Part shown: positions 25,371 through 34,577 of the stretch, piece after piece
How the letters are laid out: each line of letters begins with the position of its first letter
Position numbering within the stretch: position 1 is the first letter of the stretch
Assembly (NCBI GenBank): GCA_016869315.1
Contig: VGEM01000001.1
Span: forward strand, 4,340-68,339
Direction of reading: 5' to 3'
Length of the DNA stretch: 64,000 nt
Source: Alphaproteobacteria bacterium
Lineage (GTDB): Bacteria > Pseudomonadota > Alphaproteobacteria > Rhodospirillales > Rhodospirillaceae
Position numbers and translations under genes: made by a program
The notes under the pieces: generated by a model
What the model was told of the DNA's origin: nothing
Database searches by the model: none
Seen by the model: the letters and a program-made list of their open reading frames with translations, nothing else

Positions 25371-28300
25371 CTACTCCGCGGGCTGCCGCTCCTCATCCTC
25401 GCCGAAGCGGCGGGTGGGGAACGCCTTCTCGTATTCCGCCAGTTGCGCCGCCCTGCGGCCGGGCGAGCCGGTCCGCTTGGCGAGAAGCTGATAGAAGACC
25501 GGAACCACCAGCAGCGTGATGAAGCTGGCGAACGCAACGCCGGCGATGATGACGACGCCGATGGCTTGACGGCCCTCGGCGCCAGCACCCGTCGCCAACG
25601 CCAACGGCACCGCGCCAAAGATGGTGGCGAGCGCGGTCATGACAATCGGTCGAAGCCGGATCGTTGCCGCCTCCACCAGCGCGTCGCGGAACGACATGCC
25701 GGCATCGCGGAGCTGATTGGCGAACTCGACAATCAGGATCCCGTTCTTGGCGGCGAGACCCACCAGCACGATGATGCCGATCTGAGAATAGAGGCTAAAA
25801 CTCTTCCCGGTCAGATGCAGGCCGGCGAGCGCGCCGACCACCGCCAGCGGCACCGTCATCAGGATGATGACCGGATGAACAAAGCTCTCGAATTGCGCGG
25901 CCAACACCAGGAAGACCACCAGCAACGACAAACCGAAAGCAAGGAACATCAGAATTGCCGTGTCCTGGAACTCTTCGGCCTCACCACGCCACGTCAATCG
26001 GGCCGACGGCGGCAATCGATCCTTGGCGATTTGGTCGATGTCGTCGATGACATCGCCTAACAGATAGCCGGGCGCCGGGTTGAAAAAGACGCTGAGCGAA
26101 CGCATGCGGTCCAGACGGTTCAATGAGTCCGGACCCGCGAATTCCTCGATCGTCACAAGACTTGAGAGCGGAATGAGCTGACGCGTCGTATCCGATCGGA
26201 CGTAGATATTGGTGACGTCGTTCGGCGTGCGGCGATCGTCGAGCTGCCCTTGCAGCATCACGTTGTATTCTTCGCCCTGGTCGACGAATGTCGTCACTTT
26301 GCGCGAACCGAGCATCACAGAAAGAGTCTGCCCAATCGCACCGATCGAAACGCCAAGATCGGCGGCGCGGTTACGGTCAATCTTGATCCGCATCTGCGCC
26401 TTGGTTTCGTTGAAATTGGAACGAATGCCAAACAACCGCGGATTTTCACGCATGGCATTCATCATGGTGTCGCGCCACGCGCGAAGCTCTTCGTAGGTGT
26501 TTCCGCCAAGCGCGAACTGCGTGCCGCCGCCCCAGGCCATCTGACCGAATGGCGCCTGCTGCTGCATCGTCAGCTGTGCACCGGGAATCCGCCTTAACTT
26601 GGGGCCAATCTCGGCCAAGATCTCGTGGGAACTCCGCTCGCGATCTTGCCAGTTCTCAAGGCGGACCATGATATTGCCGTTGTTGGTCGCCGCGCCGGCG
26701 ACGCTTTCGCCCATCGGCAGCATCTGCAGCACGCGCGCGACCTCGCCCTGGCCGACGTAGGGCCCGATGATCTTGTAGGCTTCGCCGGCCTGGCGATCGG
26801 TGTACTCGAGGCTTGATCCCTCGGGCGCGCGAATCATGACGCTGAGCGCTCCGCGATCCTCGACCGGGGTGAATTCCTGGGCGAGCGTCAGATACATGCC
26901 GACCGAACTCGCGGTGATGGCCAAGAATCCCAGCACCACCATCGTCGGGCGTTCGAGCCCGAGCAGCAAGGTCTTGCGATAGAACGCCTTCATCCTCTTG
27001 AAGGCGGCGATCGAACTCTTCGCTACCAGGGACTCATCCAGGTGATCGCTGAGAATTTTGCTGCACATGGCGGGCGTCAAGGTCAACGCGACAAACATCG
27101 ACACCGCCACCGCTGCCGCCATGGTAATGGCAAACTCGGTGAACAGGCGGCCGACGGTGCCCTGCTGCAGCGTGATGGGAACGAATGCGGCGATGAGCAC
27201 GAGTGTCGTCGCCACCACCGCCATGCCGACCTGACGCGTGCCGCGATAGGCGGCAAGCATGGGAGGCTCGCCGCGCTTGATGCGACGATGCACGTTTTCG
27301 AGCACGATGATGGCGTCATCGACGACAAGACCAATCGCAAGCACCATCGCCAGCATGGTGAGAATGTTGATGGTGAAGCCGAGGGGCCACAACAGGATGA
27401 ACGTACCGATGAGGCTGATCGGCACGGTTACGGCGGGGATAATGGCGGCACGAACCGTGCCGAGAAACAGATAGATCACGATCAGCACAAGCGCTGCCGA
27501 GAACGTCATCGTGAAGGCGACTTCCTTGAGGGCCTCTGAGATGAAGACCGAGCTGTCCATCGACATCGCGAATTCCATGCCGGGCGGCATCTCCTTTTCG
27601 AGCTCGGCGATCTTGGCCCTGACGTCGCGCGCGACCGTGAGGGTCGACGCGCCCGGACGCTTGACCACGCCGAGCCCGACCGAAGGATTGCCGTTGACGC
27701 GGAAGCTCGAGTTCTCGCTCTCGGGGCCGATTTCGACCTTGGCAACCTCGCCGAGCCGAACGAGATAGTTGTTGGTGCCGCGCGCGACCACCAGCTGCTG
27801 GAAGTCCTTGGGCGTCTGGTAGAGCCGCGTGGTGCGGAGTGTGAAATCGCGCTCTTCCGATTCGAGCAAGCCGGCGCCGAGCTCTATATTCTCGCGCCGC
27901 AGCGCGTTCTCGATGTCGGTGACGGTGATCATTCGTGCCGCCATGGCGCGGCGGTCGAGCCAAACGCGGAGCGACTTCTTTCGCTCGCCGCCAAACCATG
28001 TGAAGGCCACGCCTTCGACCGACGAAATCTGCGGACGGACGTTGTGATCGACATAGTCCGAGATATCGATCGAACTCATCGTCTTTGAGTAGACGTTCAT
28101 CCACAACACCGGTTCGGCGTCGCGATCGGCCTTTTGCACCACCGGCGGTTCGGCGTCCGGCGGCAGGCGGGGGGCCGCGCGCGACACCTGATCGCGGACG
28201 TCGTTGGCGGCGGAATCAAGATCGCGATCGAGTTCGAACTCGATGGTGATCCAACCCATGGCGTCGCGGGCCGAGGCCGACATCGACTTGATACCCTCGA

Positions 28301-28520
28301 TGCCGCTGATCTGGTCTTCGATGATTTTGACGATGCGTGTCTCGATCACGTCGGCCGAAGCGCCGGGGTAGATGATACGCACCGACACCACCGGACGCTC
28401 GATGTTGGGCGACTCGCGCACCTGCATCTGCGTCATGGCGAAAATGCCGAACACGACCAGCAGAAGGCTGGCGACAATCGCCACCACCGGGCGCTTGATC
28501 GAGAAATCCGACAGGAACAT
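25371..28520 (-). CDS. efflux RND transporter permease subunit (AcrB/HAE type)
   Basis: Start MFLSDFSIKRPVVAIV (ATG 28520). About 1049 aa with 12-TM RND architecture and typical motifs (VVDDAIIVLENV, GLAAKNGILIVEFAN). Confidence 0.9.
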   Translation of the reverse strand: MFLSDFSIKRPVVAIVASLLLVVFGIFAMTQMQVRESPNIERPVVSVRIIYPGASADVIETRIVKIIEDQISGIEGIKSMSASARDAMGWITIEFELDRDLDSAANDVRDQVSRAAPRLPPDAEPPVVQKADRDAEPVLWMNVYSKTMSSIDISDYVDHNVRPQISSVEGVAFTWFGGERKKSLRVWLDRRAMAARMITVTDIENALRRENIELGAGLLESEERDFTLRTTRLYQTPKDFQQLVVARGTNNYLVRLGEVAKVEIGPESENSSFRVNGNPSVGLGVVKRPGASTLTVARDVRAKIAELEKEMPPGMEFAMSMDSSVFISEALKEVAFTMTFSAALVLIVIYLFLGTVRAAIIPAVTVPISLIGTFILLWPLGFTINILTMLAMVLAIGLVVDDAIIVLENVHRRIKRGEPPMLAAYRGTRQVGMAVVATTLVLIAAFVPITLQQGTVGRLFTEFAITMAAAVAVSMFVALTLTPAMCSKILSDHLDESLVAKSSIAAFKRMKAFYRKTLLLGLERPTMVVLGFLAITASSVGMYLTLAQEFTPVEDRGALSVMIRAPEGSSLEYTDRQAGEAYKIIGPYVGQGEVARVLQMLPMGESVAGAATNNGNIMVRLENWQDRERSSHEILAEIGPKLRRIPGAQLTMQQQAPFGQMAWGGGTQFALGGNTYEELRAWRDTMMNAMRENPRLFGIRSNFNETKAQMRIKIDRNRAADLGVSIGAIGQTLSVMLGSRKVTTFVDQGEEYNVMLQGQLDDRRTPNDVTNIYVRSDTTRQLIPLSSLVTIEEFAGPDSLNRLDRMRSLSVFFNPAPGYLLGDVIDDIDQIAKDRLPPSARLTWRGEAEEFQDTAILMFLAFGLSLLVVFLVLAAQFESFVHPVIILMTVPLAVVGALAGLHLTGKSFSLYSQIGIIVLVGLAAKNGILIVEFANQLRDAGMSFRDALVEAATIRLRPIVMTALATIFGAVPLALATGAGAEGRQAIGVVIIAGVAFASFITLLVVPVFYQLLAKRTGSPGRRAAQLAEYEKAFPTRRFGEDEERQPAE

Positions 28521-28554
28521 GTGCGATCTCCTCTCCGCCGCCGCGCTCGCCCAC

Positions 28555-29817
28555 CTAGCTCGGCGAACGACCCGGGCGATTTTCGGCCGATGGCGGCATC
28601 GACATCTTATCTTGGTTGAGAATCTCGAGCTTGGCCTTGGGCCGCAAATCCATATTGCCCTCGACCACAATGACGTCGCCCTCGTTCAATCCTTCCAGCA
28701 CTTCGACCGCGCCAAGCTGACGGGGGCCGATGCTGATCCCAATCCGCTCGGCCGTGCTGTCGGCACCGACCACGAAAACGAAGTGGTTCGGTCCCTCGGG
28801 CACCAGCGCGTGCTCGGGGATGACGAGCGACTCACGACGGTCCTTGATCAGATCGGCCACCATCAACATGCCTGGACGAAGCAGTTTGTCCGGGTTCGGG
28901 ATTGCGGCGCGGATGCCGACCGAGCGTGTCACCGGATCGACGCGACTATCGACCGCCACGACCTGCCCTTTGAAGATTTGCCCCTCGTAGGCAGCCGAGG
29001 TCGCTTCGATGTCGAGCCCCGGCTTGAGCGAGGCAAGAAAAGTCTCAGGCACGGCGAAGTCGAGTTTGATGATCGAGATATCGTCAAGCGTGGTCATCAC
29101 CGTGCCAGGCGACACCAAAGCGCCGACGCTCACGCGTCGAGTACCGAGCACACCCGGAAACGGCGCGGTGATGCGATAGTCGGCAACGCGCGCGCGTGCT
29201 GCCGCGACATTCGCCTCGGCTTTCTTCACCGACGAGGTCTGCTGATCGAGTCTCGCCTGCGAGACGTTTTGCGATCCGAACAGACCGTCGATCCGCTCCA
29301 GCTCTTTCCGCTGCTCGTCCAAATTGGCGAGCTCGACGTTGAGCCGCGCATCCTGCTCGCCAGCATCGATGGCGGCAATCTCGTCCCCTCTGTCGACCAG
29401 CGCACCATCGTCGAAACTGATCGCCCGCACCAAACCCTGGACGCGGGCCGTGACCGTGATCGATTCGTTGGCCGATGCCGTGCCGATCGCTTCAATGCGA
29501 TCGCCGAACGACTGCTTGGTCACCTTGGCCACGTTGACCGGAACCGGCCGGCCGCCTCCCATTCCGCCCATGCCGGGTGGGCCGCCACCGGGCCTGCCGC
29601 CACCCATGCCAGGTGGCGGGCCGCCCTGACCGCCGCCGGGGCGGCCAGACATTCCTGCCGACGGACCCGCAGATGGGCCCGCGGGCGGGCCACCAGGGCC
29701 GGCGCCCGCCACTTGGGGCTTGCCGGCGGGGGCCAGAATTTGCGTGTAGTAGTAGCCGCCGCCAGCGCCCGCAGCGGCGATAATAAGTATAAAAATCAAC
29801 ATCTTAATTAACTTCAT
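28555..29817 (-). CDS. efflux RND transporter periplasmic adaptor subunit (MFP/HlyD family) with Gly/Pro-rich N-terminal region
   Basis: 420-aa ORF with a signal anchor MKLIKMLIFILIIAAAGAGG. About 70 residues of PGG/GGP low complexity follow, then a typical MFP core (barrel-sandwich and coiled-coil blocks). Confidence 0.85.
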   Translation of the reverse strand: MKLIKMLIFILIIAAAGAGGGYYYTQILAPAGKPQVAGAGPGGPPAGPSAGPSAGMSGRPGGGQGGPPPGMGGGRPGGGPPGMGGMGGGRPVPVNVAKVTKQSFGDRIEAIGTASANESITVTARVQGLVRAISFDDGALVDRGDEIAAIDAGEQDARLNVELANLDEQRKELERIDGLFGSQNVSQARLDQQTSSVKKAEANVAAARARVADYRITAPFPGVLGTRRVSVGALVSPGTVMTTLDDISIIKLDFAVPETFLASLKPGLDIEATSAAYEGQIFKGQVVAVDSRVDPVTRSVGIRAAIPNPDKLLRPGMLMVADLIKDRRESLVIPEHALVPEGPNHFVFVVGADSTAERIGISIGPRQLGAVEVLEGLNEGDVIVVEGNMDLRPKAKLEILNQDKMSMPPSAENRPGRSPS

Positions 29818-29854
29818 GACGATGCAATTTTACCAGGATGCGGGTACAGTCGAG

Positions 29855-29869
29855 TGGCGCCGGGCGCCA
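29855..29869. promoter_or_regulatory. 15-bp perfect palindrome TGGCGCC-G-GGCGCCA in a divergent promoter region
   Basis: Seen directly. It lies between the RND operon (minus) and the Ni/Co permease gene (plus). No cognate regulator gene is adjacent. Confidence 0.3.
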
Positions 29870-30011
29870 GTCTTGGCCAGCCTCTTGATATAGCGCTCGG
29901 CGGTCCAAGTCACCACTTGGCCGTTGTAACCTAACATAACATGCGCCGCACGGGGATGTGGCGCGCCAGCGATGGTGATGTAGGGTGGCCTTGGCTTAAC
30001 CAACGAACACG

Positions 30012-31226
30012 ATGCTTATGAAAAACCTGTTTGTGATCTGTCTCGCATTGGTGATCGGCCTTGGCGTTGCCGAGGCCCAGCAGAACCCCTTCGGCGCGCG
30101 AAAAGCCCCTGACGAAGCCGCGGCCGCGCCGGCGAGCGACGATCAGAAACCGGCGAGCCCCTTCGGCGGCCGCGTGACCGCGCCGACCGAGGACAAACCT
30201 CTCGTCACGCTGCCGGCGCCGGTGCGTGCCGTGTTCCGCTGGGTCGCCGACCAGCAGCGCCTGCTCAACGACTTCATGGGCGACAAGCTGCGCGAGTCAA
30301 AAGGCGATGGCGGTTTCATTGCGGCGATGGTGCTGCTGGGCGCAAGCTTTCTCTACGGCGTGCTCCACGCCGCCGGGCCCGGTCACGGCAAATTGGTCGT
30401 GGCGTCCTACTTCACCGCCCGACAGGCGCCGCTCACCACGGGGATCCTGATGGGCACAATCATTGCCGCGACCCAGGCCGTGGTCGCGATTCTTGCCGTC
30501 GGCATTCTCGCCGTTCTCGTTGGCCGACGGCAAATGGATGTCATGAACGACGTCAACGTGCTTGAGATCGTGAGTTACGGCATCATCTTCGTGATCGGCG
30601 GCTACATGACATATTGCGCGATCAACGGGCGCGAGGCCTTCGGCCACGATCACGGCCCGCCCGCCAGCACGTTCGATGAACCGCCACCGCCTGCGGCAAA
30701 ACACGAACCCGCGCATCATCACGATTATGGTGGTCATGATCATCATGCCCATGATCATCATGCGCATGACCATCACGTGCATGACCATCATGGGCCCGCG
30801 CATCATGGTCACGATCACCATGGCCACGACCATGCCCATGACGGCACGGTCGCGCGCCAAACCTGGCTTGCTCGCACTGGACGCGCATGGTTTGGGCGTT
30901 ACGGTGAAGTGCTCGGCGTTGGGATCGTCTCAGGAATCAGGCCCTGCAGCGGCTCGATTCTCGTGTTGCTGTTCGCGCTGGCCAACGGCGTTTTCATGCT
31001 GGGCGTCGCCGCTGCCTTCCTGATCGCGCTCGGCGTCATGATCGCCATTTCCGTGCTCGGAATCGGCACCATCGCGCTGCGCCGCGCGGTTGCCGGCAGC
31101 GACGACAACCCGTCACCGGCACGAGCCCTGCTCGGGCGCGCACTTGCGATCGGCGGCTCGGCGGCCGTTATGGTTCTGGGCGGCCTCTTGATGGGTGGCG
31201 CGCTCGAGGCCTACGGCGTGATTTGA
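30012..31226 (+). CDS. NicO-family nickel/cobalt transporter permease with His-rich loop
   Basis: 404-aa membrane ORF with the HAAGPGHGK signature. The central loop is HEPAHHHDYGGHDHHAHDHHAHDHHVHDHHGPAHHGHDHHGHDHAHD. A second conserved half contains SGIRPCSGS. Confidence 0.8.
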   Translation: MLMKNLFVICLALVIGLGVAEAQQNPFGARKAPDEAAAAPASDDQKPASPFGGRVTAPTEDKPLVTLPAPVRAVFRWVADQQRLLNDFMGDKLRESKGDGGFIAAMVLLGASFLYGVLHAAGPGHGKLVVASYFTARQAPLTTGILMGTIIAATQAVVAILAVGILAVLVGRRQMDVMNDVNVLEIVSYGIIFVIGGYMTYCAINGREAFGHDHGPPASTFDEPPPPAAKHEPAHHHDYGGHDHHAHDHHAHDHHVHDHHGPAHHGHDHHGHDHAHDGTVARQTWLARTGRAWFGRYGEVLGVGIVSGIRPCSGSILVLLFALANGVFMLGVAAAFLIALGVMIAISVLGIGTIALRRAVAGSDDNPSPARALLGRALAIGGSAAVMVLGGLLMGGALEAYGVI

Positions 31227-31232
31227 CGATCG

Positions 31233-31832
31233 TCAGCCGCCGCAGTTCAGCGAGACCACCTGTGGCATGATGAAAGCGCCTTCGTTCGACACTTCGTCGC
31301 CGCTCGAAAACGTCCACTGACATTGGGCGTCGCCTTCGATGGCGATCGGTTTGTCGCCGCCGAGCAAGACGTCGACGTAGATGGTCGGGTCGTAAACAGT
31401 AAACTGAACCTTCGCGGCGGTCGGATCGACCGGCGTGGCGAACACCAGATCGAAGTTGTAAATCAGATCGCCCTTGTCGATGGCGGTCGAAAAGTTCTGG
31501 GCCCGGTCGAACAGCGCTTCTTCGTCGCCGACCCGGACATGAGTGAAAAAGCCGTAGTCCTTCAGGCTGGTGAATACCTGACCGAACATCGCCTGGGTCT
31601 CGTCGGCATCGAAGGTGCCGTCCTGATTCTTGTCGAAATCCCCGGTCAGGACCTGGCTGAAGAACGTATCGAACTGCCAGCGCATGCCGATCCGGGTGAG
31701 CTTGCCGCCCTCGAATTTGAGGGTGGCGGTGCTGGTGATCCACACATGAGGATGCGCCGAGCCCCCTGCCGGGATCAGCATCGTCGCCGCGGCCAAGGCA
31801 AACGCCTTCAGCGCTGTAGATGGGGGTTTCAT
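31233..31832 (-). CDS. DUF1007 family periplasmic protein (usual partner of the NicO-type permease)
   Basis: Start MKPPSTALKAFALAAATMLIPAGGSA (ATG 31832). The mature N-terminus HPHVWITSTATLKFEGGKL and the FDKNQDGTFDADE block are characteristic of DUF1007. Confidence 0.75.
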   Translation of the reverse strand: MKPPSTALKAFALAAATMLIPAGGSAHPHVWITSTATLKFEGGKLTRIGMRWQFDTFFSQVLTGDFDKNQDGTFDADETQAMFGQVFTSLKDYGFFTHVRVGDEEALFDRAQNFSTAIDKGDLIYNFDLVFATPVDPTAAKVQFTVYDPTIYVDVLLGGDKPIAIEGDAQCQWTFSSGDEVSNEGAFIMPQVVSLNCGG

Positions 31833-31969
31833 GGGCCGCACAATACGGCAACGTTCACGTGCTGGAAATCGACCATGAAAGGCATGATTTTGACCCCCGT
31901 CACATTTGACGGATGGGTTGAAGGTCATTGATAATGCTGTCGGAACCGCCTTGAGAGGGATTCATCGCC

Positions 31970-33172
31970 ATGCCCGGACGCCAGCTCAGCAACGCCAACC
32001 GGAACTCGACCGAACTCGACATGCACTTGCACCTGACCCACGACGACGGTGTGCGCGCGCGTTTCATGATCGATCTCAAGCGCCGCGTAAACCTCGGCAT
32101 GGGCGCCGAAATCCGCGCCCGGTCGGAAAGCACCCATGAGCCGGCGTTGGCCCGCACGTTGGGCCACCCGCTGTCGGTGAAGAGCAAGACGGATCGCAAG
32201 GCGCTGATCGACGTTCTCGAGCAGACCCACGTTTACAAAGCTTGGGCCTGCATGACCTACATCTCGCAGGGCATGATGTGGGAAATCGTCGACGGCGTGC
32301 TCGACCACGACCTCGATCGTCTGCAGAAGGCCTTCGACTTCTATAAGACGAACCCCAACAAGATCGGCTCATTGAAGCTCAATCCCAATCTCAAGGTGCC
32401 GAAGAACATTCTGAACACCGAGATTCACCGTCAGCCCGGAGGCTTTTGCTACGAAACGCATGCCGACGACATCACCTCGGGTGCGCGCTACAACGGCGGC
32501 GGGCTGATGTACTCGGCCGGGAAAGGTCGCAAACCGGTTGCCGGCAAGTCTGGCGGCGATTGGGTCGCCGAGCAGGTACACAAACTGTATCCCGACTTTG
32601 CGCCAAAAAAGATTCTCGAAATCGGCTGCGGCACCGGCCGCAACACGACGGCCTACCCGAAGGCCTATCCTGGCGCCGAGGTCCATGCGATCGATTGCGC
32701 TGCCGGCCTGCTCCGCTTCGCGCATGCCTACGCCGAATGTAACGGCGCGCCGATTCATTTTGCGCAGATGGATGCGACCGCGCTCGATTATCCCGATGAG
32801 TCCTTCGACATGGTCGTGTCGCACATCCTCGGCCACGAGACGACGCAACGCGGCCTGCCGAAGTGGGTGTCCGAATCCTGGCGCGTGCTGAAGCCGGGCG
32901 GCGTCATGTTCCACCTCGACGTCACCACCCAGCCTGGGTTCCTCAAGCTCGCCGATCTGGTGATGAACGACTGGCAAGTGCGCTTCAACGGCGAGCCGTT
33001 CTGGATGGGTTGGGCCGACGCCGACCTGAAAGCGATCATGCGCGACATCGGCATTCCCGAAGATGCGCTGTTCGCCGAGCACATGGGCACCGGCGGACCG
33101 ATGGGCCAATGGTTCTGCCATGGGGCGCGTAAGCCGAAGACCTGGTCGTCGAAGGTCAAGCGGGCCGCCTAA
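31970..33172 (+). CDS. class I SAM-dependent methyltransferase with long N-terminal extension (cytoplasmic paralogue of 41654 and 43255)
   Basis: Canonical motif I ILEIGCGTG (GCGTG at 32624-32638), post-I AIDCA, and FDMVVSHIL. It shares the upstream NP..(E/T)EIH.QPGG block with the two Tat-signal paralogues. No signal peptide. Start uncertain (31970 or 32021). Confidence 0.8.
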   Translation: MPGRQLSNANRNSTELDMHLHLTHDDGVRARFMIDLKRRVNLGMGAEIRARSESTHEPALARTLGHPLSVKSKTDRKALIDVLEQTHVYKAWACMTYISQGMMWEIVDGVLDHDLDRLQKAFDFYKTNPNKIGSLKLNPNLKVPKNILNTEIHRQPGGFCYETHADDITSGARYNGGGLMYSAGKGRKPVAGKSGGDWVAEQVHKLYPDFAPKKILEIGCGTGRNTTAYPKAYPGAEVHAIDCAAGLLRFAHAYAECNGAPIHFAQMDATALDYPDESFDMVVSHILGHETTQRGLPKWVSESWRVLKPGGVMFHLDVTTQPGFLKLADLVMNDWQVRFNGEPFWMGWADADLKAIMRDIGIPEDALFAEHMGTGGPMGQWFCHGARKPKTWSSKVKRAA

Positions 33173-33183
33173 TCCTTATCATC

Positions 33184-33696
33184 GTGGCGGAGCTCAAGAC
33201 CAAACCCAATTCCGCCAGCGTTACCAGGTTTCTTGCAGGCATTGCCGACAAACACCGGCGCAGCGAAAGTCGTACGCTCGTTAAACTGATGCGTACGGTC
33301 ACTGGCGCAAAGCCTCGCATGTGGGGCGCAAGCATCGTTGGCTTTGGCGAAATTCCGTACCGTTACGCGAGTGGACGCGAAGGAATCTGGTTTGCTGTCG
33401 GCTTTTCACCGCGACGGCACGCGCTGACCATCCACATCATGTCAGGATTCTCGCGCCTGTCCCGGCATCTCAAAGTGCTCGGCAGGTTCAAGACTGGGAA
33501 GTGCTGTCTCTATTTGAAGTGCTGTCTCTATTTAAAGTCCTTGGACGACATCAGCCTGCCTCGTCTGGTGTCTCTGCTGCGCGCATCGCTTGCCGCATTT
33601 CCCAGAAAGCTGCAGCAATTCGTGACGAATACGCATGCTGACGGCAGGAAGCAAGCGTGCGAAACCGGCGTCAAGCGAAGTGCGTCCGGACAGTGA
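33184..33696 (+). CDS. DUF1801 (YdhG-like) domain protein carrying an in-frame 6-codon tandem duplication
   Basis: MAELKTKPNSASVTRFLAGI... and GFSPRRHALTIHI are typical of DUF1801. KCCLYL is duplicated (see repeat 33498-33533). Confidence 0.7.
   Translation: MAELKTKPNSASVTRFLAGIADKHRRSESRTLVKLMRTVTGAKPRMWGASIVGFGEIPYRYASGREGIWFAVGFSPRRHALTIHIMSGFSRLSRHLKVLGRFKTGKCCLYLKCCLYLKSLDDISLPRLVSLLRASLAAFPRKLQQFVTNTHADGRKQACETGVKRSASGQ
33498..33533 (+). repeat. perfect 18-bp tandem duplication inside a CDS
   Basis: GAAGTGCTGTCTCTATTT occurs at 33498-33515 and again at 33516-33533. It is in frame. Confidence 0.95.
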
Positions 33697-33862
33697 CAAG
33701 ACAGGCTACAATCGCACGGCTGGGATGTGGCATGACGGTCAGGACGACGGCTCCGTTGCGACGGACGATGTCGCTACGCGGTTGCGCTTTCCGGGTGGGC
33801 AGCAGCCGGGCTATTCTGCCGTCATTCAGAGCCGGATTGGCCGCCCACCTGGGAGATATCGG

Positions 33863-34464
33863 ATGAACTTCTTGGACAAGATTCGGATCGCCGCCGTTAC
33901 GGTTTGCGCGGGGTTCGCCACTGTCCCGGCCCACGCCGCGCCGGTCGTCCAGACAATCGATTTCGTCGTAAATTTCGGCACCGGACTCTGTCCGCTGGTG
34001 AGCGGGTCGTTCACGTTAAACTAAAACTCCGCCACGCCCACCAGTATCTACGGGCAAGCTGTCACCAGCACCACGTTCTCGACGCCGATCGGCGTGTTTC
34101 CTACGAGCAACGTGTTCTTCGACTTCCGGGTCCCGCCCGACGTCGGGTTCCCCTTGGCGACCCATGAGTTCGACATCTACTTCAATACGCTCGGGGTCTC
34201 GCTGCTGCAGAATTTCGATTTCCTGTTGCGGATTTCCGCGACCGGAACACCGGGCGAGACGTTCGCCGGCTACGGCGCGCAATTCATTTACAGCAATTCC
34301 GGCAATCCGTTTTTTCGAACAGCGTCACCTTGACGACATCGTCCATGCCGGTCGGCGGCGGCAATGGCGTTCCTATCCCCGGTTCCATGGCGATGTTGGG
34401 GTTGGGGCTGTTGGGAGTCGGTGCGGCGCGGCGCGGTAGATTTCGAATACCGCGTCTACGGTGA
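33863..34464 (+). pseudogene. PEP-CTERM sorting-domain protein, disrupted by in-frame TAA and a poly-T frameshift
   Basis: ATG 33863 with signal peptide MNFLDKIRIAAVTVCAGFATVPAHA. TAA at 34022-34024 interrupts the frame, which then continues (NSATPTSIYGQ...FIYSNSGNPFF). After the T6 run at 34310-34315 the -1 frame reads SNSVTLTTSSMPVGGGNGVPIPGSMAMLGLGLLGVGAARRGR, a PEP-CTERM-like anchor ending at TGA 34462-34464. Confidence 0.65.
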
Positions 34465-34577
34465 ACAGCCGATAAGAATCCCTCGCCGAATGGCGGGGTG
34501 AATATTTTGGAACTGTAGAAATTCTCAGTAGACGTGCGGGAGATCGCCCCCGCGTGGTGCGACCGTTCGACCCGTGA

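Noticed and set aside
28372-29811. 479-aa plus-strand ORF
   Set aside because: It is antisense to the RND adaptor gene, which has clear family motifs and a signal anchor.
29818-30011. NiCo or cobalamin riboswitch upstream of the Ni/Co permease gene
   Set aside because: I could not find the conserved junction sequences of either class by eye. Only a short palindrome is present. A covariance-model scan is needed before making any claim.
30700-30845. Repetitive CAT/CAC/GAT-rich DNA that might be a tandem-repeat or spacer-repeat array
   Set aside because: It is in frame and encodes the His/Asp-rich cytoplasmic loop of the NicO-type permease. There are no regular repeat-spacer units. The same applies to the His-rich stretches at about 47011-47095 and 60553-60600.
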